DNA of 62,677 nucleotides, filler included, from It is 9 parts of 9 records of this genome, joined end to end, with 100 filler letters (N's around TTAATTAATTAA, not from the genome) between each part and the next. Parts side by side here need not be neighbours in the genome. Positions count along the whole stretch, not along the records: positions 36,700 to 45,359 come from SRR15195285_1362; positions 45,460 to 48,792 come from SRR15195285_1363; positions 48,893 to 57,142 come from SRR15195285_1370; 6 more parts are not named here. One strand, 5' to 3'. Shown piece by piece: positions 40,301 to 50,232 of this stretch (position 1 is its first letter; each line of letters starts with the position of its first letter). The notes under the pieces were generated by a model. It saw only the letters and a program-made list of their open reading frames with translations, ran no database searches and was not told where the DNA came from. The position numbers and the translations under genes were made by a program.

Positions 40301-43300
40301 GAGAAGGTCAGCTCAGCGTGGCCACGTCCGTCCACGTTGTGGTGACACGCTGTGGTTCCGTCCTCTCCGTCCTGCCAGACCATGCCAGGCGTACAGTCAG
40401 CGACTGCAGTCTCGCCTGGTGTGCCAGTATCCAGCTCTGCCCAGTTTCCAGGAGGAGTCCATACCATGTAATCACGTTCGATTGTGTGGCCATTGTAAGA
40501 CCACGCGTATCCTCCTGGTACCATAGAGCGAGTCATCGGCGCGACAACAGTCGCAAACGCTGCGGGCTGAGAAGCTGGCAATAGCAACTCTGGGGAAAAG
40601 CCGCACGAACCTCGTTCGCCAGCGCCAAATCGCACGCCACGGAGCCGCACACCGTCTTCAGCTGAGTGGACATACAGCAAGTGATTGCCAGCTGTCACGG
40701 GCCAGGTATTAAAATTCCCAGCTCCGTTGCCGTCAAATCGCCTCCATTCCCAAGGGTCCGCAATGATGCATGGTGGAACACCTCCATTCTCGGCACACAT
40801 TATGCCCGATCGCTGAATTCGCCCAGCACAGCAGTTCGCTGAGCCACCTGGGCGTTGAGAACATCCAGTGCCCCCGCAGGTGCCACAAGAACCAGCACAG
40901 CAGGAGTCGCCACTGACCACACCGCCAACAGCTGCGCATTCCCCGTGTGGATCACTCGTCGGTGGGTTGATATTCCACCCGAACACTGGCGAGTCGGTGA
41001 GCTGCAGGTCGGGCCACGAATGCAGCACACTGCGAACTTGAAGACCAAGTCGGTTGTCGTCTCCCGACGGCGCCCTAACCTCGTACTCGAAACCGACGTC
41101 GGCGTCAGTAGTGCAGCTGAACGGAAATGCAACATACCCACAATTCTCCTGCAGTGGGTTGCATGCAGCCTCTTCTGCTGTATCGGGCTCCCACACATAG
41201 ACTCCGTCCCGACCCGAACCTTCCGTCGCCACCATCGGCTCGTGTACTTGAGCAAATGCAGCTGGAATTGCACTCGGCAACTGCGCGTCAGGAGCGAATC
41301 CGCATGATCCACGTGCATCGAACTTAATTGTACGCACCTTTGCGCCGTCTTCTCGTTGATGAAGGACGAGATAGTGCAACCCAGCGGTGACAGTATAGCT
41401 GCGAAAATCCTGTGAATTGCCGCTTGTGTCCGTGAACAGCGATGCTCCATCAGCCGAGACGGATGGAGTTGCCCACTGCCACGGCTCAGAAGCCACGCAG
41501 GGAGGAATGTCACCATCACGGCACGAGATACCATTGCGACGGATCACTTGAGCGCAGCACTGCTCGGCCAGATCATCGTGACAGTGACCTGCCATGTTTC
41601 CCCCGCATCGGTCACACGTGCCAGCACAGCAAGTACCTACATTGACGGTCCCGTGCTCGTCATCGAAAGACCATGGCGCTGGAAGGCCACCAGCGGCGAC
41701 GCACTCGGTCTCTGCAGACACACCCGTCCTTCCAGCGTGCCACGTTTCTGGAGGACCAGACTCTGCAGTTTTCGACTCGTCTTGAATCTGAATGTAGAAT
41801 GAATCGTCATTTCCCGAAGGTGTCAAAATCTCATATGAAAATCTGACTTCTGACTCGACATCGCAAATGAATGCCATTTCAATCCTACCACATGTGGCAC
41901 CCTGCGGACGGTACTGAGCGCGTTCAGAATCGATAGAGCACCCACGCTCTACCGCACTATCTGGCGCCCAGACGTACTCCATTGACTCGCCAAGAACATT
42001 AGTCTGGCCACGTCGGGCCACTGACATAGGCGATATCACACGGCCATGCGATGCAAGCTGGGAGTCTGGCAGACGCAGTGCAGCAGGAACCACAGACGTC
42101 CAGCCACATCGCCCTTCATTTTCCACGTCTCGCACGTGGACGGTACGTAATTTGGTACCAGCGGTGCGTGAGTGAACATATAGCGTGTGTGTGCCTGCAG
42201 TGATCGATCGCTGCTCATCGTCGTGGACGGTCCATGTGTCCGTGAGTGGAACTGAAAAGACGTCAGTGTCTGCGTCGTCAACGCTAATAAAGAACGAGTG
42301 ATCAGCTGACGCTGACGCTGTGCCCCCATCCATTGTCCTCGGCTCATAAGTTTCGAAGCTGAAAACGACCTCTGCATCCTCGCTGCACGCAAATGCAAAT
42401 TCGAGGACGCCCATGGCGCAGTCCCAATTCGCAGCTGACCAGCCGAGCGCAGCTGCCCCAGCTTGCTCCGCCGGCGTCAGGTCAGCAAAGTACTTATCGT
42501 TGGAGTCTGGCACATCGCAGCTAGCTTCCGTCCATTGACTGTTCAATTGGCTTGATGACATCTCTCCATAATGTGAATTGAAGAGAAAACACGTCCAAGA
42601 GTCTTCAGTCCAGCCAAGTTGCTCTGCACCGGCCTGCTCCGCAGCTGTGAGTGCTGCCCACTCAGTGTGCTCAGAGCTTGGCATCGCAACAAGGCAGTTC
42701 AACGCTGCCTGTGACGCCGCGCCCGTCCCTGCACTCGAGTGCGGACTGGCTCTCACTGCCGCCGGTGGCGTCCACACATAGTCCTCAGCAGTAATGAAAG
42801 TCCCGGACATGATGCCGAAGCTCGCTGGTTCCGTGGTAGGAAGCTGATTTGTGCTTGGTATGAAACCACACCCACCCGCAGAGAAACGAATTGCCCGCAT
42901 CTTGGTGCCGTCCTCACGCGAGTGCACAGTCAAGGTGTGCAGTCCTCCCTCCACAGCAGTCGTATCATCTCGGGCGACCCATTCGAAAACAGTGTGCCGC
43001 CCAGTATGCCACGTCATAGGTTGCCCGTTGTCAATTGCGATAAGGAATGAATCATCTGAGCCATTCGGGGTGAGGACTTCGTAGTCAAATGACACCGTCT
43101 CCGCGCTACGGCAGTAGAAGTGGTAACTTGCTTTAGCCTGGCATGTATTTCCTTGCGCGTCAACCTCGGAAAGGTGCGAACCGTGGTGGGCGTTGTGGCA
43201 CACACAGGAAGAGCATGGGGCCACCCTGTGCGGACCAGCAAGTCTTGTTTTCAGATGAGTGTGAATAACTGTGGAACACCTGGCGAAACAGATCGAACTA

Positions 43301-45130
43301 CTGGCTGGAGTATTACCAGATGAAATCGTCTTTCATCACCATAGGTGAAGTCAGGGATCCAAACACGGCCGAGACTTGTGGGAGCGAGGGCGGCAGCTTT
43401 GGCGTCCATCGACACCCAGGGGCATTAGCAAAACGAACTGCGCGCATTTCTGTGCCGTCCTCTCGTCCGTAGATATGCAGAGTGTGTTTGCCTCGCGAGA
43501 CATCAAAGGTGTCTTGGTATGTCGACCAGTGAAAACCGCCTCTGTCTTCGCAGTGTTGATCGACGCAACCACCCAAAGAGGCACCCGCACGTGGAATGTG
43601 CCAGTCAACCATGTCTCCACTGTCCATCTTGATGATGAATGAATCATCGTTGCCGTTCGGTGCACGCACTTCGAATGCTAGTAGAAACTCAGGAACCGGT
43701 TGAGAACAGCTGAACCTGTATTCGGCTTGTCCCTGCCTGACATGAGGCACTCCGTTGGGCACAGAGATATGACCGCCGTCGACGGTCATCGGAGGTGTTA
43801 ATTTGCCAAGCGTTGCTGGAAGCGTCGCCTGTGTCGTCGAATCAACAGCGTGCAGATTTTCAATCACCAGCATATCAACTCCCTCTGGAGTGTGTTCAAC
43901 TTCGTGATCGCTGCAAGTTTCTTCCTCCAGAAATACCTCCACGTTGCTCGCTGTTGTGGCGGTGCGCCGCAATGCGACAGTATCTTGTCCTTGGAATGTG
44001 GAGATTGAACCGAAGACCGCGGGGTCGGTAGAAAAGCTAGTAGTGAAATCGAATGTGACAGGAATGTGGGTGACGCCTCCCGACGTGCCACCGACAGAAG
44101 GGTGTATGGCCATCGCTTCGTAGCGTAGCGTGCCCAATACGCCTTGTCCCGAGGGCAACGCTATCCACCCATACTTCTCTTGAGGGTGTGAGCGGTCGTT
44201 GGTGGTGTGGTGGCTTCCCCAAGCGAGAGCGATGTCTTCCTCGAGACTTATTTGAAAGCCACGTGTTGGGTCAGATGCACCACACACCATGCCGTTTTCT
44301 GAAACCGTCAGTCCCTCGATACTGTCGCAAACAGCGCCGTCAGCGCACTGCGGACGACTAGCGACCAGATCCAGTCGGGTCGCAGAGATTGCGTCGGGGC
44401 ATTCAACACAGCGTGGAACGCAACCAGTGGATCGATCTCCTTGGATGCCTGGCATTTGGCGCGGTTTACAAAAGGTTCCACCATTGTGTGTCTGAATCTG
44501 TGATATGCAGACTGGATCTTGGATTGGCGTAGAGAACACAGCGTCCACCCAGGTATCTGGATCGGCGAGCCGACCGATTACCTTGAGTGGGTCGGCCGGC
44601 GACATGACAGTGCCTGCCTGCAGTGGCGCATCCTGTCCGCCCGCGGCTGTGCTCTCCACGATAAGCCAGGAAATCGTTTCGGTTGCGTGAAAACTAGCTT
44701 GACAAGCCTCACCCTCTCCTTCCGAAGACGGTGGGTCGGCGTCTGTTAGAAGGCGCGACGTGCAGGTCAGCATCGGCAAGCCGTCCAGAGAAGATGCAGA
44801 CCATGTGGCACGTACAAAGCTGGATGGTCTTAGTAGCCGGGTTAACATTTGTGATTCGAACCACGATCTCCTCGTCCCCATTGTGGCTGGGGATACCCTG
44901 CGAACACAGTAGGTATCAGTGTGCGCGGCGTTGCATCGCGTCGTGGACAAACATGAACGATCTTGCCGTGGTGCTCAAGACGGACGCACTGCAATGACGA
45001 CCGGGTCTGCGTACTCTCCTGAGAAGGAGACAGCGAATGTACTAACGCCAGCATCCACAGTGCCGGTCTCGATTGCCACTCCGCTCCTGAGCAACAATGT
45101 TAGAGCTACTATCCCGGGCCTGAGCAACAT
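37356..45130 (-). CDS. Giant secreted repeat protein (about 2400 aa): 3 H-type-lectin-like repeats, 8 CBM-like jelly-roll repeats with Cys-rich inserts, 2 C-terminal Cys/helical modules, ending GGGH
   Basis: Signal peptide MLLRPGIVALTLLLRSGVA; the five ORFs join in frame through short GT-AG introns; repeat consensus FxC...FxYEVxxPxGxDDSFxIxxD...WH...H.L..H.REDG..LR.VRF...G.CGF.P. Confidence 0.8.
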
Positions 45131-45359
45131 CTTGTGTAGCTCTCGGCGACGCCAGGTTTCCACGTCGGCGCCTCCGCCCCGGCGCGCTTTTCACCGGCGC
45201 TAGCGCGGGCGCAGAAAGGCGCGTTCCGTTCGCGCGCGCACTAGCAGTCCTACACGCACGCTACAGCACTGCGCGCGGCCACTACACTCCCCAGACCCGT
45301 CGACCCAGACGGTTGAAACTTCACGGCACCTGCGAGATGTACGTCATTCAGGCGTGTGG

Positions 45360-45459
45360 NNNNNNNNNNNNNNNNNNNNNNNNNNNNNNNNNNNNNNNNN
45401 NNNTTAATTAATTAANNNNNNNNNNNNNNNNNNNNNNNNNNNNNNNNNNNNNNNNNNNN
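45360..45459. other. Artificial contig-concatenation linker 6
   Basis: 44 N + TTAATTAATTAA + 44 N. Confidence 0.97.
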
Positions 45460-48400
45460 GCTGCCAATATCCGTTCACTGGCCACTTTTGTTCAAAATGC
45501 ATAGACGGCTACGAGATAGAGACTACGAATATGGACTACAAGTGCGTACGTTGCGGTGACGCAATCAATTCGGACTGGTGGACACCATGCGTGTTCCTGG
45601 TGCTGGTTGCGGTGCTAGTTGCATTAAGGAAGCGACTGTTGAAGCTGTTGGTGCCAAGACCAGAGAAGCTGGCTATCATCCAAGCAATTATACGGTCAGG
45701 AATTCAACCAGCACGGATTATGATCACATACGCACAGATCACCGGAGCGCTTGGGCCAATTCTCGAATTTTCCCCCCCAGAAATGTTCAAGGGGTTCGCC
45801 GACACTTTTGCAAGCGTCTTCCGCTTGTCTTTCCTCGACGTATTTGCGAGCACCCAGTGCCTGGGGGTAGATACCTTTCACCACAGATTCGTCCTGCAAG
45901 TCGCTGTAATGCCACTGGTAGTTCTGCTGTCGCCAACTATACTGTTTCTCATACAGCGGATGAAGGATCCTACCATAGACGCAGCTGCAGTTCGAGGCCA
46001 GCTCTTCTTTGCGGTGTTCTTGATCTATCCAAGCGTCTGCGCTCACTGTTTTGCCTGCTTTGTAACGCTCCGCATCGCACCAGGTGTTGAAGTGCTAAGG
46101 GACGACGATCGACTACTGTATGATGACAGTGAACACATACCCTACCGATACGTTGCAACGGTCTTGATAGTAGCATTTGCTTTTGGTGTTCCTCTAGTGA
46201 CTGCTGGGTTGTTGTTTAGAGCACAGCAGCAGCTCCCGTCGGTCGACAAAGAGCTGCAGGCCCGTGTCAGTCAAGCTTTCCGCGTTAGCATGGGCGAGGC
46301 AGAGGCTGTAATCAATGACATCACCATAGGCTCTACGTATGGGTTCCTTACCGACGCCTTCAAGCCGACGTTCTTCATGACCGAGACACTCGATATGCTG
46401 CGCAAGCTTGGACTTGTGGGAGGACTCTTGTTCGTTGAGCCTGGATCTGTTGCGCAGGCTATGGTTGCTTTGTGTTTTGCGCTGGGTTTCCTGAGTCGCC
46501 ACATGTGGGCTCGGCCGTACAAGTTTGACGCGGACAATCACCTGCGAGCCGCAACCGAAGTGCATACATGCATGATGATCGCAGTGGCACTAGCATTCCG
46601 CACAGATCTGGATTCAACACATTCTGCATTTTTCGGGCTAGAAGATGAAGGGGCTTTCGACCAGTTCGCAGAGGATAGTGCTGAACGTAAACGGGCGTAC
46701 GACTGGTTGCTTGTTTCGACCTTCGTGATCTGCGTCCCAGCCATGTTCACCCTCACGATGGTAAGAAAAGTGAGACTAATCCAGAAAACACTGCAGTACA
46801 CAGCCAAGGCCACCGAAGCTAAAAGCGACAGACAGACACGAATGATATTTGGCTTTCGCCGATTCCAGCTAGGGCTCTTGAATGACAAAGAGACGCAAGC
46901 CCTCGCTGACTACATTTCGACCGAACTAGCTGTCACGAACGAGCATCAGCGAGCAGGAAGGCGGTTGTGGAACGATTTGACGGTTGCCACGCATCTAAGA
47001 TCTAAGGAGCTTGCATCCTTACTTGGCAAGATCCAAGAGGAATTGCCGAGGTCACACTCTATCGGATATCATTTTACAGATCTGGATTCAGCAAACTTAA
47101 TCCTGGGCTCGATCGGAATACGGGCCAGCACGGTAGGTCAGCTAGGTGGAGGGGTGAGTATCTCATTGCAGAGCCCGGTAGACTTTGAATGGGATAGCCT
47201 TTCACCAACGTCTTTCCACAAGAGATGTGGCGATGCTCTATGGGGGACCAAGTGGTACGAGGTAATGCCAGGTAGCCCACCGTCAGATCTGAAGGACAAG
47301 ATTGTGAGCGGGGAGTGGATGGGCACCTGGCCAGCTGCACGAGATGATTGGGGCAAATGGCGCAAGAAGCTTGAGGTTGTGCTCGTGCTTCGCATACCAT
47401 CGGCTGAGAACAGGGACCCGAACCGCATCGTTCCCGGGCGAGGTAGTGTATACATTGTCCCACCAGCTGACTGCGTTCGAAACGATTTCAACGACACCGA
47501 CCAGGCACGGTATCTATCGAACACAACGATTGAAAAGGCGTTGTTGCTCAAGCCACCGAAGTCAGACGGCGTGCAGGTACTGGATGGCATCACAAAGCGC
47601 AACGTCAATGCACGCGTGAAATGCCTTTCTGACAGGGACAGCAATGGGGCGATGGTACAGGTACAGCTCGCTGAGATCGACTTCGATACTCGTGTAGTTG
47701 AGGAGCTGAGGGGTGGATATTGTTATGAGAAAATGCCATGGATGAAAGCAGTCGTCAAGTTCTCCGCGGTTGTGTCTGCAACACCGGCCGATGCATCATC
47801 TCAGGCCTACCTAGAGCGCCATCGTAGACTACACGATATGGCTGCGCATACGAAACATTGGCCAGAGAATGTGTCTAGATTCACTGCGGAAGAGATGAAG
47901 GGGGCGCTACGAGCGATCGAGCAAGCAGAAATGCACTGTTACACCATCCTGTATCACTACTGCAGAGCTGATGAAGCTCGGCGAATGTGTGAGGTTGGTA
48001 ACGGCCTGGACGCCAGTGTGGAGGTCACTCTTGTGTCGCCTGTCGACCTTGGATGGAAGAAATTTCAAGAAGGCAATTTTGTAGAAAATGCAGGTAGAAT
48101 GCTTTGGGGTGACAGTTGGAGGGATGGGCACGCACACGCGCTACAAGCCGTGGTAATTGTAGCCGTGCCGTCGAATGTGGTGCAAGATTGTATGGTTGAA
48201 AGTCTGTGGAAACCCACGCGTTTGCATGAGTCGCTGATGATGGCCGAGAGGGTTGGCAGTCACTCCGAGGGGCTGGTGTACTCAAACGCGTTCGTGCGAA
48301 AGAGCTACATCCTCGAGCCTACAAACAGGAGAGTGTCGGCAACTGTGTCCGACCATGTGGATCGTAACGACGACGACTTTGCAACCCGGATCGAATCATC

Positions 48401-48650
48401 TCTGGTGTTGGCGACCCAAGGCAATTCACCCAAAGCGAAGAAAGTGGCCACAACTCAGCGAAACTCATCGACTCGCTGTACCACTCCACCACATGGATTA
48501 TCACGTGATCCTCCACCGATCTCGCGCATCGACACAGGTGTACCCTCAGTCGCTACATTGCGCACGACCACACCACAACGAATATCGCGTCTCCCACCGC
48601 CCCTCCCGATAGGACCTGCTACGACACGATCAACGGCTGCAATGCCGTAA
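45460..48650 (+). CDS. Cys-rich ectodomain (truncated) + about 9-TM TRP/Flc-like domain + tandem duplicated cytoplasmic domain resembling an ADP-ribosyltransferase fold
   Basis: Frame open from the contig edge (CQYPFTGHFCSKCIDGY...CVRC); nine hydrophobic segments with YGFLTDAFKPTFFMTETLDMLRKL and RPYKFDADN; internal duplication GYHFT...SPVDFEW...LWGTKW...LEVVLVLRIP...YLSN versus LYHYC...SPVDLGW...LWGDSW...LQAVVIVAVP...VYSN. Confidence 0.8.
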
Positions 48651-48792
48651 ATTTTAAAATGAGGTGCCACTACCCCCCCGTGCAGTCGCCAAGACTGTGC
48701 TCGTCGAGGACTGTACGCCAATCATGCCAAGTGCCACTCGCATGGCAGTGCTCAACGAATTGTACTTCTTCCAGCGGTGCAATCTGGGCACT

Positions 48793-48892
48793 NNNNNNNN
48801 NNNNNNNNNNNNNNNNNNNNNNNNNNNNNNNNNNNNTTAATTAATTAANNNNNNNNNNNNNNNNNNNNNNNNNNNNNNNNNNNNNNNNNNNN
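48793..48892. other. Artificial contig-concatenation linker 7
   Basis: 44 N + TTAATTAATTAA + 44 N. Confidence 0.97.
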
Positions 48893-48948
48893 AGAGAGAG
48901 AGAGAGAGAGAGAGAGAGAGCGTGCGTGCGTGTGTGCGTGTGCGCGCG
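48893..48948. repeat. (AG)14 microsatellite followed by a (CGTG)/(TG) tract at contig start, probably intronic
   Basis: Direct reading: (AG)14 at 48893-48920. Confidence 0.9.
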
Positions 48949-49062
48949 AGCTCTGTCTCATACAGGCAGACACCAGAAGCGAAAGTCCTTTTCGCTAAGC
49001 ATGGTTGCCATTTGCACCTCGTCCACACACTGAGCCGTATGGGCGCGCTGCGGTATGTCCAG

Positions 49063-50121
49063 GGGCGCATTACAGGCGCGGAGCTCTGCGCGGCGGTATC
49101 GGAGGCGGGTGGGATTGGGACCCTGGGTATGATCGGTCTGTCCCCGGAAGGCATGCGCGACCAAATCAAGAAGGTCAAACAGCTGACGCAAAAGCCCTAT
49201 GGCGTCGATCTCTTGCTGCCACAGGTCGGAGGAAACGCCCGCAAGACAAACAAGGACTACACAGGCGGTCAACTCGAGGAGCTTGTCGAAATCATGGTGG
49301 AGGAGCGGGTGCCACTCTTCGTCTGCGCAGTAGGTGTACCACCGTTATGGGTGGTGGAGAAGCTGCACGCGGCCGGTACGCTCGTGATGAACATGGTGGG
49401 GCAGCCCAAACACGCCACAAAGGCTTTGGCCCTGGGCGTCGACATCATATGCGCTCAGGGCACTGAAGCCGGAGGCCATACTGGCGATATCAGCACGCTC
49501 GTCCTGCTCCCACAGGTCATCGACATGTGCGCTAGAAAGGCACTAGTGGTCGCCGCTGGTGGGATATTTGATGGTCGCGGCATTGCTGCTTGCATGGCTA
49601 TGGGTGCAGCTGGTGTGTGGGTGGGGACTGCGTTTCTCGCAACGCCTGAGGCTAACGTCGAAGACGTGTACAAACAGCGGCTGCTCGAATCTGATAGCTC
49701 GCAGACCATTCGATCCGAGATTTACACTGGGCGCCCCGCGCGATCCATCCAGACGCCGTATAATCTTGGGTGGGCCAAAAGAGAAGCTGAAATGCGCGAG
49801 CTGCTGCAAAAAGGCATCATTCCACAGGTTCACGACGCTAGGCAGCGGCGAAAGGAGGGCAAAGGACGGTCGATGTCCACAAAGCTACGAGAGGAACGGC
49901 GCAAAGTACCGGGCGGCTTTCTGGAAGATCGCAGGACTTTGGCATCGAATAATCATTTTGACCTTGACAGCGACTTCATTATTGCGGGACAGGCCGTTGG
50001 AGGCATGCATGACATAATACCAGCAGGGGATCTGGTCAGGAGAATGATGAGCGAGCTCGTCGCTGCACTGGGCGCGGTGCCAGCTGTAGTGGTCAAAGAA
50101 GTGCAGCAAGCACGACTCTGA
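49063..50121 (+). CDS. Nitronate monooxygenase / FabK-like FMN flavoenzyme with PTS1 (-ARL); first exon missing
   Basis: Acceptor tgtccag ending at 49062, then GRITGAELCAAVSEAGGIGTLG, KPYGVDLLLP, AQGTEAGGHTG, VVAAGGIFDGRG, GAAGVWVGTAF, AGQAVG. Confidence 0.9.
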   Translation, partial: GRITGAELCAAVSEAGGIGTLGMIGLSPEGMRDQIKKVKQLTQKPYGVDLLLPQVGGNARKTNKDYTGGQLEELVEIMVEERVPLFVCAVGVPPLWVVEKLHAAGTLVMNMVGQPKHATKALALGVDIICAQGTEAGGHTGDISTLVLLPQVIDMCARKALVVAAGGIFDGRGIAACMAMGAAGVWVGTAFLATPEANVEDVYKQRLLESDSSQTIRSEIYTGRPARSIQTPYNLGWAKREAEMRELLQKGIIPQVHDARQRRKEGKGRSMSTKLREERRKVPGGFLEDRRTLASNNHFDLDSDFIIAGQAVGGMHDIIPAGDLVRRMMSELVAALGAVPAVVVKEVQQARL

Positions 50122-50232
50122 AATGATCGGGTGTACATTACTCTCTTTGAAAAATGAAGTGCAATACAGACTTTTGCTGTTCTGAGTTTGCGATAATATC
50201 ATCTGAGCCACTGCACGAGTCGTTTGCTCTGA

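Noticed and set aside
37356-45130. Stop-codon reassignment, frameshifting or pseudogenisation suggested by broken ORFs
   Set aside because: Each break is bridged in frame by a short GT-AG intron, and TAA, TAG and TGA all terminate genes normally
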